Source: Sneathiella sp. (GTDB taxonomy: Bacteria > Pseudomonadota > Alphaproteobacteria > Sneathiellales > Sneathiellaceae). Taken from it: DNA of 64,000 nt. This document shows positions 1-9,144 of this stretch, in pieces (the stretch's first letter is position 1; each line of letters begins with the position of its first letter). Under the pieces are notes generated by a model, which did not search any database, was not told the origin of the DNA, and was given only the letters and a program-made list of their open reading frames with translations. Both the position numbers and the translations under genes were made by a program. The stretch is taken from NCBI RefSeq assembly GCF_036844445.1, contig NZ_DAIUFV010000001.1, positions 244,727 through 308,726 on the forward strand, in the 5' to 3' direction.

Positions 1-206
1 TTACTTCCGAGGTGATCGGTTCCGTCTGGAAAGTGGAAATGAAGGTGGGCGACAGGGTGGAGAGCGGGGACGTCATCATGATCCTCGAATCCATGAAGAT
101 GGAAATCCCCGTCGAAGCGCCGACCGCAGGAACGATCGGCAGCATTCTGGTCAGCCCCGAAGATGCCATCGAAGAAGACCAGCTTTTGTGCACCATCGAA
201 AGCTGA
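1..206 (+). CDS. Biotinyl-domain protein (biotin carboxyl carrier domain), 5' end cut by window edge
   Basis: The reading frame is open to base 3. VIMILESMKMEIPVEAPTAGTI carries the E(A/S)MKM biotinylation motif of BCCP/biotinyl domains. Stop codon at 204-206. Confidence 0.8.
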   Translation, partial: TSEVIGSVWKVEMKVGDRVESGDVIMILESMKMEIPVEAPTAGTIGSILVSPEDAIEEDQLLCTIES

Positions 207-273
207 CGGGCCGCACGTCCGGCCGTTTCCGTGTCTAATTGGGGCACGGGTCTCCCGCCACACCCAGTTGAGA

Positions 274-1641
274 ATGAAGAAGAAGATGGCTTCTGTTGAA
301 AAGCTGCTGATCGCCAACCGCGGCGAGATCGCCTGCCGTATCATACGCACCTGCCGCGCGATGGGAATTCGGACCGTTGCCGTCTATTCGGAAGCGGACC
401 GGGACGCGCTGCATGTCCGCCTCGCCGATGAGGCATTCGAGATCGGGCCGCCACCGGTCAGCCAGAGTTATCTCAAGATCGACACCATTCTCGACGTCAT
501 GAAAAGGAGCGGCGCGAACGCCGTACATCCGGGCTATGGCCTGCTCGCCGAGAATGCGGGCTTTGCCCGCGCCGTGGAGGCGGCGGGATATATCTGGATC
601 GGGCCTGCGCCGGAGACTATCGAGACTATGGGCGACAAGGAGCGGGCGCGCGATCTCGCACGCCGGCTCAAGGTGCCGGTGACCCCCGGAAGCGGGCGGA
701 TAGCGCCAGGTGAGGGCCTCGACAGACCCGCCATTGATCGTGACATCGGCTATCCGCTGCTCGTCAAAGCGGCGGCGGGCGGCGGCGGCATCGGTATGCG
801 CATTGTCGGAAGCGAGGCGGAGCTCGACAGTCAGATCGAGACAACGCAGAAGCTCGCCGAGCGGATGTTCGGCGACGCGGCCGTCTTTCTTGAGCGCTAT
901 ATCGCGAACGCGCGGCATGTGGAAATTCAGGTGTTCGGCTTCGGCAACGGCGAGGGGGTTCATCTCTTTGATCGCGATTGCAGTATCCAGCGGCGCTTTC
1001 AGAAAATCATCGAAGAAGCGCCGGCGCCGAGCCTGCCGGATGAGATCCGCGAGGCGATGCGCCGCGCCGCGCTTACGCTGGTTCGCCATCAGTCCTATCG
1101 GGGTGCGGGCACGGTCGAGTTCATTTATGACTGCGACCGCAACACATTCTATTTTCTGGAAATGAACACCCGCATCCAGGTCGAGCATGCAGTCACCGAA
1201 CGCGTGACCGGCACCGATCTTATCCGCTGGCAGATTGAGGCTGCGACGGGTGATCTGACGGGCGTCCCCCAGCAGGGCATCCGGCTCGGCGGTCATGCCA
1301 TCGAATGCCGGATCTATGCGGAGCGACCGGAGAAGAAATTCATGCCATCGCCCGGCGTGCTGGAGAGGCTGCAGCTTCCCGACGCCGACATTGACCTCCG
1401 CATTGACACAGGTGTCACCGAGGGGGACAGGATAACCCCCTTTTACGATCCGATGATTGCGAAATTCATCGCCTACGGTGCGGACCGGAGCGCGGCCATC
1501 AAACGGATGCGGGCAGCCCTCGAGGCGACGGAAATAATTGGCCCCGGCAACAACATCGGCTTCCTCCTCGAGGTGCTGGACGATCCCGATTTCGCCGCGG
1601 TGAATTTCACGACGGCTTACGTTGAAAATCGGAAAAGCTAG
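274..1641 (+). CDS. Biotin carboxylase (ATP-grasp, AccC-like subunit of a biotin-dependent carboxylase)
   Basis: KLLIANRGEIACRIIRTCRAMGI N-terminus, GGGGIGMR glycine loop and EMNTRIQVEHAVTE motif. ATG 274 is preferred over the in-frame extension from 163, which overlaps the BCCP gene. About 455 aa. Confidence 0.9.
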   Translation: MKKKMASVEKLLIANRGEIACRIIRTCRAMGIRTVAVYSEADRDALHVRLADEAFEIGPPPVSQSYLKIDTILDVMKRSGANAVHPGYGLLAENAGFARAVEAAGYIWIGPAPETIETMGDKERARDLARRLKVPVTPGSGRIAPGEGLDRPAIDRDIGYPLLVKAAAGGGGIGMRIVGSEAELDSQIETTQKLAERMFGDAAVFLERYIANARHVEIQVFGFGNGEGVHLFDRDCSIQRRFQKIIEEAPAPSLPDEIREAMRRAALTLVRHQSYRGAGTVEFIYDCDRNTFYFLEMNTRIQVEHAVTERVTGTDLIRWQIEAATGDLTGVPQQGIRLGGHAIECRIYAERPEKKFMPSPGVLERLQLPDADIDLRIDTGVTEGDRITPFYDPMIAKFIAYGADRSAAIKRMRAALEATEIIGPGNNIGFLLEVLDDPDFAAVNFTTAYVENRKS

Positions 1642-1913
1642 CCGGCACTTAATGATTAATTCTATGGAATAAACAATATCCGCGCCCCGTCGGATGGTCG
1701 GATAAATGCCGAATATCGGACGTTTTCCGGGGTTAGCTGGCGCGCGTCACCGGCTTGCGAAACCCAAAAAGGCACGGCGCGATCTCCCTCTGCCCCGCTT
1801 CAAGCATCCTCTACATTAGCGGTTCATGAATCGTCTTGACTCCAATCTATATTGAATTTACTCTGAATTCAGGTGGAGGAATCAGGGTTCCCGTTGACCG
1901 GAAGTGAGACCGC

Positions 1914-3128
1914 ATGATGTACCAAAAAGAAGACGCGCTCCGGAACAAAACAGAGGAAAGCTCGCCGCTTGCAGGGGTGCGGGTTCTCGAATTCGGACAT
2001 TTTGCCGCTGGCCCTTTCGCGACGATGCTGCTTGCCGACTGGGGCGCGGATGTGGTCAAGGTGGAACCCCCTGAAGGGGAGCCGATGCGGCACTGGCCGC
2101 CGCTGGTCGGGGCGAGCGAGACAAATCTCGGCCTCAGCATGAATTTCGCGATCCTCAATCGTAACAAACGCTGTGTCGGTATCGACCTCAAAGACCCAAA
2201 AGGACTTGAGCAGGCGAGGGCGCTCTGCCGCGAGGCCGATATCGTGCTCGAGAATTTCAGGCCCGGCGTCCTCGAAAGCCTTGGCCTCGGCTATGACGAC
2301 GTCGTCAAGCTGAACCCGACGATCGTTTATTGCTCCGTCACCGGCTATGGCCAGACCAGCCCCGCGCGCGATCGCGGCGCGTTCGATGTCGCCATTCAGG
2401 CCGTGAGCGGCGTCATGAGCGTGACGGGAGAGGAGAACGGCCCGCCCGTGAAATGCGGCGTTGCGCTCGCCGATTACGGCACCGGCGTCTATGCGGCGCT
2501 GTCCTGCGTCACCGCGCTTCGCCGGGCCGAGAGGACGGGTAAGCCGGGCCGCGTCGACGTCTCCATGTATTCCTGCATGCTGTCGCTCGCCAATTTGCAG
2601 ACCAGCGAATACTGGGGCAGCGGCGTGCTGCCGAAACGGCTCGGGTCGCGCCATCCAAAGGCGGCGCCCTACCAGGCCTATCTCGGCGCCGACGGCAAAT
2701 GGTTTATTCTCGCTGCGGGGAGCGATCGCCTCTGGCATCGTGTTTGCGATGTACTGGAGGCCCCGGAACTGGCCACTGATCCGAGGTTCAAGACGGCAGG
2801 CGCCAGAGCCGAGAACCAGGTGGAGCTGGAGGAGGTATTGTCAGAGATACTCTCCAAAAGCTCCGCCTCGGTTTGGCTGGAAAAATTCGATGCCGCCCAG
2901 GTGCCCGCCGCGCCGATCAATGACTATGCCGAAGCGCTTTCCTCCGACCATGTGCAGGCGACAAATCTCGTCCATAAAATGAAGCTGCCCGACGGCGCCG
3001 AGGTGCCGACGGTGGGCAATCCGGTGGCCCTCAGTGACTATGAATTCCGTATTTTCCATGACCCGGCGCAGTCTGGCGCCCATACCGCGGAGGTTCTCGC
3101 GGACTGGACGGGTAGAGGCAGAGCGTAG
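1914..3128 (+). CDS. Class III CoA-transferase (CaiB/BaiF/Frc family)
   Basis: GVRVLEFGHFAAGPFATMLLADWGADVVKVEPP N-terminal signature. About 400 aa, typical of the family. Confidence 0.9.
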   Translation: MMYQKEDALRNKTEESSPLAGVRVLEFGHFAAGPFATMLLADWGADVVKVEPPEGEPMRHWPPLVGASETNLGLSMNFAILNRNKRCVGIDLKDPKGLEQARALCREADIVLENFRPGVLESLGLGYDDVVKLNPTIVYCSVTGYGQTSPARDRGAFDVAIQAVSGVMSVTGEENGPPVKCGVALADYGTGVYAALSCVTALRRAERTGKPGRVDVSMYSCMLSLANLQTSEYWGSGVLPKRLGSRHPKAAPYQAYLGADGKWFILAAGSDRLWHRVCDVLEAPELATDPRFKTAGARAENQVELEEVLSEILSKSSASVWLEKFDAAQVPAAPINDYAEALSSDHVQATNLVHKMKLPDGAEVPTVGNPVALSDYEFRIFHDPAQSGAHTAEVLADWTGRGRA

Positions 3129-3130
3129 CG

Positions 3131-3835
3131 ATGATGAGCGAAGATATAGTTGAGACTGAATGGCGGGAAGACGGGGTAAAGACGATCTACCTCAATCGGC
3201 CCGATATCGCCAATGCGATCAACCGGGAACTGGTCGCGGCGCTGATGCGCGAACTCATCACATCCTATAATGACGCAACGAAGCTGCTTGTCATTCGCGG
3301 GCGCGGCCGGCATTTCTGTTCGGGGTTCGATCGCTCGATGATGGCGAGCGCGACGCGGGTGGATCATGCAACGCTTGGCGTGGAGATCGAGGCGATGCTG
3401 CAGACGGTCGCCGCGGCGCCCTTCGTGACGCTCGCCCATGTCGAAGGGGCGGCGGTCGGCGCGGGCGCAGATCTTGTGGTCGCCTGTGATTACCGTATCG
3501 CCGCCAAAGACGCCGTGTTTGGCTTTCCGGGCTTCAATCTGCTCGGCGTTTCGCTTGGCAACAGCCGTCTCGCCGCGCGGATCGGTCCCGATCACGCGAT
3601 GAAGATGATCCTTCAGTCGGAGCGGATCGACGCGGACACGGCGCATCGGCGCGGTCTCGTCACGCATCGGATGGAGGGGGAGGAGCTCCCGCCTTTCATC
3701 GATCAACTCGCGGCGGCGATCGCCGATCTGCCGAAGGCGACCATCAGGCACATCAAACAATCCATTGAGCAGGGGAACGGCCGATCCTTCGGATATTCGC
3801 GTTATCCGGAGGGGCAGGGAGCCGCCATCGTCTAG
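3131..3835 (+). CDS. Crotonase-fold protein (enoyl-CoA hydratase/isomerase family), short and atypical
   Basis: IYLNRPDIANAIN, HFCSGFD and GAAVGAGADLVVACDYRIA motifs. The usual FGLPE catalytic-Glu segment reads FGFPGFNL. Only 234 aa. Confidence 0.8.
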   Translation: MMSEDIVETEWREDGVKTIYLNRPDIANAINRELVAALMRELITSYNDATKLLVIRGRGRHFCSGFDRSMMASATRVDHATLGVEIEAMLQTVAAAPFVTLAHVEGAAVGAGADLVVACDYRIAAKDAVFGFPGFNLLGVSLGNSRLAARIGPDHAMKMILQSERIDADTAHRRGLVTHRMEGEELPPFIDQLAAAIADLPKATIRHIKQSIEQGNGRSFGYSRYPEGQGAAIV

Positions 3836-3872
3836 GCGGCCCATCATAAAAGCCGGCAAAGGAGGCATTGCA

Positions 3873-4961
3873 ATGAGTACTGACGACCTGAAAGTAGTAG
3901 ATATCATGATCCGGAATGCCTGGTACAAGGCCGGCTTTTCCGAGGAATTTGAAACCGAAGTCCTGCGCCGCGAGGTCATTTGCGAAAAGGTGCTGGTATT
4001 CTGGAGAACCGCGGAAGGCGAGGTGGTCGCGTTCGATGATCGCTGTTGCCACAAGCGCATGCCGATATCGGCAGGCCGTTTTCTCGAAGGTGGCATTGTC
4101 GAATGCCCCTATCACGGCCTTGCCTTCAATTCCGAAGGCCAGTGTGTTAAAATCCCTTCCGCGCCCGATGCGCCAATCCCCAAAAGGGCGCGGCTGCTGC
4201 CCTACAAGGTGATCGAGCAGGACGGCGTCGTCTGGGTATGGCCGGGGGATGCCGAGAAGATCGGCAATATCCGCCCGCCCGCGACGCCTGAGATCGTCTC
4301 GCCCGACTGGGAGCATATTACCGGTGAGCTCTATATCAAGGGCAACTCGATCCTGATGATCGAGAACGCGCTGGATATCACGCATTTCTATCCCCTGCAC
4401 GGCAATACCATCGGCCAGAGCGCAGACAGCGATATCAAGTTCGATATGACCACGGGGGAGACCTGCGGCTGTGACAGCGTCACGGTTACCCGGCAGGTGG
4501 ACAATTATCCGCAGTCCGATGATTTCGCCGATCTCCTGACGCATAAAATGGCCGACAGCCACAGTATTCAGACGATGGTCGGACCCGGCATCATTATTGC
4601 CGGACGAACCCTCTGGCCCGCCGGCGGGCGGACTGAAAACAAAGACCCGAAGACCCTGAAAAACTACCACTTTCTGACGCCGATCGACCGGCGCTCGCAC
4701 AAATACACCTACGTCGTGAACATGCCGAAAGGGCAGATGAGCGGGCGTGATCCGAAGGTGCGGGCAGTCGATCGGGCGAAGGAGCTGCTGCGCGTTGTGT
4801 TCGAGGAAGATATCTGGGCAATCGAGAAGCAGCAGGAAATGTGCGAACTCCCCGACGGCGATTATCGGGAGGTTTTGCTGAAATCGGATCTGCCGCTCGC
4901 GGCGGGCCGCAAAATTCTCGATGCGATGTATCGCAAGGAGATGCACGAACACGCGGTGTAA
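3873..4961 (+). CDS. Rieske [2Fe-2S] non-haem iron oxygenase, VanA-like (class IA oxygenase component)
   Basis: CCH-x17-CPYH Rieske motif (CCHKRMPISAGRFLEGGIVECPYHG). About 360 aa, a size typical of VanA-type enzymes. A ggagg RBS at 3861-3865 precedes ATG 3873, so the ORF-track start at 3765 is taken as an upstream extension. Confidence 0.85.
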   Translation: MSTDDLKVVDIMIRNAWYKAGFSEEFETEVLRREVICEKVLVFWRTAEGEVVAFDDRCCHKRMPISAGRFLEGGIVECPYHGLAFNSEGQCVKIPSAPDAPIPKRARLLPYKVIEQDGVVWVWPGDAEKIGNIRPPATPEIVSPDWEHITGELYIKGNSILMIENALDITHFYPLHGNTIGQSADSDIKFDMTTGETCGCDSVTVTRQVDNYPQSDDFADLLTHKMADSHSIQTMVGPGIIIAGRTLWPAGGRTENKDPKTLKNYHFLTPIDRRSHKYTYVVNMPKGQMSGRDPKVRAVDRAKELLRVVFEEDIWAIEKQQEMCELPDGDYREVLLKSDLPLAAGRKILDAMYRKEMHEHAV

Positions 4962-5093
4962 GCAAAGGCGGCGCCTGTTCGTCTCGGGCGGGCGCAAGCC
5001 TATCGCGGGGAGGCGGAGGTTGATCCCGGAACGGCCGGGCAGCCGCGAGCGTGACAGAAATATACAAAATGAAACTGAGGCAGGGAGACAACA

Positions 5094-6158
5094 ATGGGAA
5101 GCAATTTGATATCATATCTTGGACGCATTGCCGGCGCGACCGCCATCGCGTTTGCGGTTACCGTCTCTTGCGCGGCGGCGGAGGATTATCCGAAAACGAA
5201 CCTGAAGGTCGCGCATGCGCTGCCGGAGACATATATCTGGTCCGAGCAGGTCGATAAATGGTTCTTCAGCGAGCTTGAAAAGCGCACCAACGGACAGGTA
5301 ACGTCGCAGATTTTCTGGAATGGCTCCCTCGTCGGTCCGAAGCAGGTGTTTGATGCCGTTGGCAGCGGCGCCGTTCCGATGGGGGCAGACGCGCAAGGTT
5401 ATTATCCGAGCGCCATTCCGCTGAACACGATGCCCAATTCGCTGCTCGGCACCCTGACCTTTGCCAGCTCCGAACAGGCCTCCATCCTGACGCGCGAGGT
5501 GTTTGAGAAATTCCCCGAAGTGCAGGAGGAATGGAAAGCACTGGGTATCTGGCCGCTCTACTTCAATGCGGTGCCGAATTTCCGCGTCGCCTGCACCGAG
5601 CCGGTTGCAACGGTCGATGATCTCAAAAACAAGAAAATCCGCCAGTTCAGCGCGTATCATCCGAAAGTCTGGGAAGCCGTGGATGCCGTCGGTGTGACCG
5701 TGCTGCCGGCCGAGATTTACGAAGGGCTGCAACGTGGCCGGATCGATTGTGTTTTCTACAACTATTCGGCCATCGTCAGCCAGAAAATGTATGAGCAGGC
5801 GAAATATGTCAGCAAGGCGAGTTTCGGCGCCGGGGCGACCTGGCCGATCATCATCAATTACGATCTTTACTTCAACAAATGGCCCGAGAATCTCCGCAAT
5901 CTCGTAGCCGAACTTGCGGGAGAAGCCGAGGCGCGGAGCTATGAAGTCGGTGAGAAGGAAGAAATCAAGGCGATCGAGACAATGAACGCGCTTGGTGTCG
6001 AACTCGTCGAGTTTCCGGAAGAAGAACAGCGCAAGCTGGAAGAAAAAATACCGGACTTCCTCGATATCTGGGTCGAGCAGCAGAAAGGCACTGATAAATA
6101 TGAGGTTGCTGGCCGGATTGCCGACTATATCCGCACGCGCGCCAAAGAACTGAACTGA
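5094..6158 (+). CDS. TRAP transporter substrate-binding protein (DctP family)
   Basis: Signal-peptide-like N-terminus, then NLKVAHALPE...ELEKRTNGQVT typical of DctP-family SBPs. Followed by Q and M genes. Confidence 0.85.
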   Translation: MGSNLISYLGRIAGATAIAFAVTVSCAAAEDYPKTNLKVAHALPETYIWSEQVDKWFFSELEKRTNGQVTSQIFWNGSLVGPKQVFDAVGSGAVPMGADAQGYYPSAIPLNTMPNSLLGTLTFASSEQASILTREVFEKFPEVQEEWKALGIWPLYFNAVPNFRVACTEPVATVDDLKNKKIRQFSAYHPKVWEAVDAVGVTVLPAEIYEGLQRGRIDCVFYNYSAIVSQKMYEQAKYVSKASFGAGATWPIIINYDLYFNKWPENLRNLVAELAGEAEARSYEVGEKEEIKAIETMNALGVELVEFPEEEQRKLEEKIPDFLDIWVEQQKGTDKYEVAGRIADYIRTRAKELN

Positions 6159-6189
6159 ACGCCCCGGTTGCAGATGCCGAAAGGCGAGG

Positions 6190-6250
6190 GGCCGCCGACA
6201 AATGGAGTCCTCCCGTTGTCCGTTTGTCGGCCGGTCACCTTTTTTCCCCA
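6190..6250 (+). terminator. Possible intra-operon hairpin/attenuator between dctP and dctQ
   Basis: A 9-bp stem GCCGACAAA (6194-6202) / TTTGTCGGC (6223-6231) with a 20-nt loop, followed by a T-run at 6240-6245. Confidence 0.3.
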
Positions 6251-6317
6251 GGCCGCACTAGGCACCGGATCGAGAGGCCCGTCCCCCTGAGAATAGTAAT
6301 TAACCCTGGACGTAGAG

Positions 6318-6842
6318 ATGAGAAAAAAATACGGCAGTCTGCTGTGGGCGGCGATCCTTGTTTCCGGAATATCCATGCTTCTCATGATGGCCATCAGCAC
6401 CGCCGACGTGATCGCGTATCTGGTAGTCGGTAAACCCTTCACCGGGGCCAATGAAATAGTCGAGATTTCGCTTGCCGTGTGCGTCGTCATGGCGATTGTG
6501 TATGCCCATTACGTGCGAAGCCATGTCCAGGTCGATATTCTCTCCGAAAGATTTGGTCCGAAAACTCGCCGGGTGACGGAGATTATCTCCCTCCTTCTCG
6601 CAACCTTCTGCACAGGCTTTCTCGCATATGGCGGCTGGCTTCTGGCGCTCGCAAGTGTCGCGGAGCGGGAGGTCGCAATTACGCTTTACAGCTTCCCGAT
6701 CTATCCGTGGAAAATCCTCTTCGCGGTCGGCTTCACCCTTGCGGCCGTCGAGGTGTTTCGACAGTTCGTCCTTGCCCTTCTCGGCCGACCGCACTGGATC
6801 GAAAGCGATGGCGGTCAGCACGCGGAAGAAACGGGAGACTGA
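6318..6842 (+). CDS. TRAP transporter small permease (DctQ family)
   Basis: About 170 aa hydrophobic protein with four predicted TM segments, sitting between the SBP and the large permease. Its stop overlaps the dctM start (TGATG). Confidence 0.85.
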   Translation: MRKKYGSLLWAAILVSGISMLLMMAISTADVIAYLVVGKPFTGANEIVEISLAVCVVMAIVYAHYVRSHVQVDILSERFGPKTRRVTEIISLLLATFCTGFLAYGGWLLALASVAEREVAITLYSFPIYPWKILFAVGFTLAAVEVFRQFVLALLGRPHWIESDGGQHAEETGD

Positions 6843-8164
6843 TGATGTCCGAAGCGCTTTTCCTCGGGTTCGGCGGGACGCTTGCCATCCTATTTATCGG
6901 CGCGCTTGGCATACCGGTTGCCTATGCGCTGATGGTCGTCGGGATGGCCGGTATGTGGTATGTCGGCGGGTTCAGCTTTCTTGAAACCACCGTCAAGATG
7001 CTCCCCTATACCATTCTCAGCAACTATTCCTTCGCCATCATTCCGATGTTCCTGCTGATGGGGGCGCTCGCCTCGGCGGCGGAAATCACGACGGAACTCT
7101 ATGCCTTCGCGAACCGCCTGCTTGGCCGCGTGCGGGGCGGGCTGCTGATGGCGACCGTCGTCGCCTCGGCCATTTTCGCGGCGATCTCCGGATCGACCAT
7201 CGTGAATGCCAGCGTTTTCACCCGCATCGCGCTGCCGGAGATGCGGAAATTCGGCTATGACCTTGGCATCAGCGCGGGCTGCATTGCCGCGGCAGGCACC
7301 TTCGCCGCGCTGATCCCGCCCTCCATCAGCCTGGTGATTATCGGCCTCTTGACCGAAGCCTCCATCGGCGCGCTGCTTATTGCCGGCATCCTGCCCGGCA
7401 TTCTGACCGCGGTGATGTATATTTTCGGCATCGGTGTTCTTGTCCGCGTCCGGCCATCGCTCGTGCCCCGGCACGGCCTCTCCGAGACGGCGGCGCGGAT
7501 CTCTAATTTCGAGGCGCTGGTCAGCATCGGCCCGGCGGTGCTTCTGATGGTCATCGTACTTGGCGGGATCTATACGGGGCTGATGTTCCCCTCATCGGCC
7601 GGGGCAGTCGGCGCGGCCGGCGCGCTGCTGATCGCCGTGATGCGCCGCAAGATCAATCTGGAGAAGCTCTGGCATGTGGTCCGTTCCTCGGCGGGCTCCA
7701 CGGCGACGCTCTTTTTCATCGTTATTGGCGGGCTCCTTTTTTCGCGCTTTCTCACCTTCGGCGGCTTCATTCACGAGGTGACGGCGCTCGTCTCGGAATG
7801 GCAGCTCACGCAGCTGCAGTTCCTGATCGTGCTCTCCATCCTTTACCTGATTCTCGGCATGTTTCTCGATACGCTGTCGATCCTGCTGGTGACGATCCCG
7901 TTCCTCTTTCCGATCGCGCAAAGCGTCGGCGTCGATGAAATCTGGTTCGGCATTCTCGTCGTCAAGCTGATCGAGATCGCCGCCATCACGCCGCCGGTCG
8001 GCCTTAACCTCTTCGCCGTCATGAGCGCGTCGGAGCGACGCATTCCGTCGAAAACAATCATTGCAGGCGTCATCCCCTTCGTCATCATCGAGCTTTTCAC
8101 GCTCAGCCTGATTATCGCCTTTCCGGCGATCTCGACGTGGCTTCCCTCGCAAATGATGAACTGA
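6842..8164 (+). CDS. TRAP transporter large permease (DctM family)
   Basis: MMSEALFLGFGG... polytopic protein of about 440 aa with DctM-like segments (AISGSTIVNA, LIPPSI, GILPGIL, ITPPVGLNLF). The ORF-track extension from 6479 overlaps dctQ and is rejected. Confidence 0.9.
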   Translation: MMSEALFLGFGGTLAILFIGALGIPVAYALMVVGMAGMWYVGGFSFLETTVKMLPYTILSNYSFAIIPMFLLMGALASAAEITTELYAFANRLLGRVRGGLLMATVVASAIFAAISGSTIVNASVFTRIALPEMRKFGYDLGISAGCIAAAGTFAALIPPSISLVIIGLLTEASIGALLIAGILPGILTAVMYIFGIGVLVRVRPSLVPRHGLSETAARISNFEALVSIGPAVLLMVIVLGGIYTGLMFPSSAGAVGAAGALLIAVMRRKINLEKLWHVVRSSAGSTATLFFIVIGGLLFSRFLTFGGFIHEVTALVSEWQLTQLQFLIVLSILYLILGMFLDTLSILLVTIPFLFPIAQSVGVDEIWFGILVVKLIEIAAITPPVGLNLFAVMSASERRIPSKTIIAGVIPFVIIELFTLSLIIAFPAISTWLPSQMMN

Positions 8165-8173
8165 TCCGCAGAA

Positions 8174-9133
8174 GTGACTATGTCCCAAACCAGACAGCAG
8201 CTTTTCGTCTATTCGATCACCTATGAGGCGGTTGATATCCTGCGGATCGAGCTTCGCGCGGTCCCTAGCGGCGCGCTTGCCGCCTTCACTCCGGGCGCGC
8301 ATATCAACCTGCATTTTGGCGAGGGCTTGAGCCGTTCCTATTCCCTCATCAACGATCCGGCGATGCAGGGCCGCTATGAAATCGCCGTGCAGCGGGAGGC
8401 GGCAGGGCGGGGCGGCTCCGCTTGGATCCATGACCGCCTGCGCGTCGGTGAGCGGGTTGAAGCGAGCCTTCCTGCCAACGCCTTTCCCCTGAGTGAGACG
8501 GCGACCCATTCGGTCTTGATTGCCGGCGGGATCGGTATCACGCCGATACGGGCGATGATCCGCTGCCTGGAGGCGCTCGGGAGAAGCTGGGAGCTGCATT
8601 ACCGGGCACGCTCCCGCGCGCGGGCGGCCTTTCTTGCCGAACTGTCGGCGCCTGAGTTTGCGGGAAAGGTCCATCTGTCTTTCAGCGACGAAACGCCGCG
8701 CGAATCTTGCGACATTGCGGCAATCATTGCCGCGGCCCCGGACGAGGCGGAGATCTACTGCTGCGGTCCGCTCGACATGATTGCGGCGTTTGAGGCAGCC
8801 ACGTCCGGTCTTGACCCTGCGCGGCTCCATACCGAGCGCTTTCAGGGCGAAGAAGTTGCGGCGTCCGGCGGTTTCACGGTGCGAGCGGTCAAAAGCAATG
8901 TGGAGGTTGAGGTGCGGGAAGGTCAGACGATCCTGCAGGCGCTTCGCGAGGCGGGGCTCGATCCTGACTATTCCTGCGAATCCGGTCTTTGCGGGGAGTG
9001 CCTGACGCGCGTGATTGCCGGTGAGCCCGACCATAAGGATTACTTCCTGACCGAGACGGAGAAAAAATCGGGCGAGGTGATCATGATATGCTGCTCTGGC
9101 AGTCGCTCTCCCATACTTGAACTTGATCTTTGA
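8174..9133 (+). CDS. Flavin/NAD(H)-[2Fe-2S] oxidoreductase, phthalate dioxygenase reductase/VanB family
   Basis: RSYSL flavin motif, IAGGIGITP NAD-binding motif, and a C-terminal plant-type ferredoxin cluster CESGLCGECLTRV. 319 aa. An alternative ATG start lies at 8180. Confidence 0.85.
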   Translation: MTMSQTRQQLFVYSITYEAVDILRIELRAVPSGALAAFTPGAHINLHFGEGLSRSYSLINDPAMQGRYEIAVQREAAGRGGSAWIHDRLRVGERVEASLPANAFPLSETATHSVLIAGGIGITPIRAMIRCLEALGRSWELHYRARSRARAAFLAELSAPEFAGKVHLSFSDETPRESCDIAAIIAAAPDEAEIYCCGPLDMIAAFEAATSGLDPARLHTERFQGEEVAASGGFTVRAVKSNVEVEVREGQTILQALREAGLDPDYSCESGLCGECLTRVIAGEPDHKDYFLTETEKKSGEVIMICCSGSRSPILELDL

Positions 9134-9144
9134 AAGAAGGGCTT

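Noticed and set aside
235-1296. Long antisense ORF (353 aa) opposite the biotin carboxylase gene. The same phenomenon occurs at 3753-4997(-), 7592-9034(-), 12570-13928(-), 13913-15067(-), 19911-21611(-), 23175-24896(+), 26397-27722(+), 33211-34035(+), 37894-38979(+), 41598-42896(+), 53749-55419(-), 60106-61293(-) and 62302-63585(-).
   Set aside because: Each lies exactly opposite a gene with strong family motifs. The translations are Arg/Gly/Pro/Ala-rich and low in complexity, with no recognisable domain. Such stop-free shadow frames are expected in GC-rich DNA.
1836-1870. TTGACT...TATATT and the direct repeat TGAATT-N5-TGAATT upstream of the first CoA-transferase gene, as promoter and operator.
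   Set aside because: The -35/-10 spacing does not fit (6 nt, or a poor TACTCT -10 element), and the repeats are only 6 bp long. Not supportable without mapping data.
6479-6841. N-terminal extensions of ORF-track entries: 6479 for dctM, 163 for biotin carboxylase, 3765 for the Rieske protein, 16898 for dctP, 19674 for E1, 25755 for the hotdog protein, 35957 for the ligase, 41848 for DUF35, 44934 for ACAD, 49321 for E1alpha and 57644 for IclR.
   Set aside because: The extensions overlap the preceding gene or have non-protein-like sequence. An internal ATG or GTG with a Shine-Dalgarno-like sequence coincides with the start of family homology.
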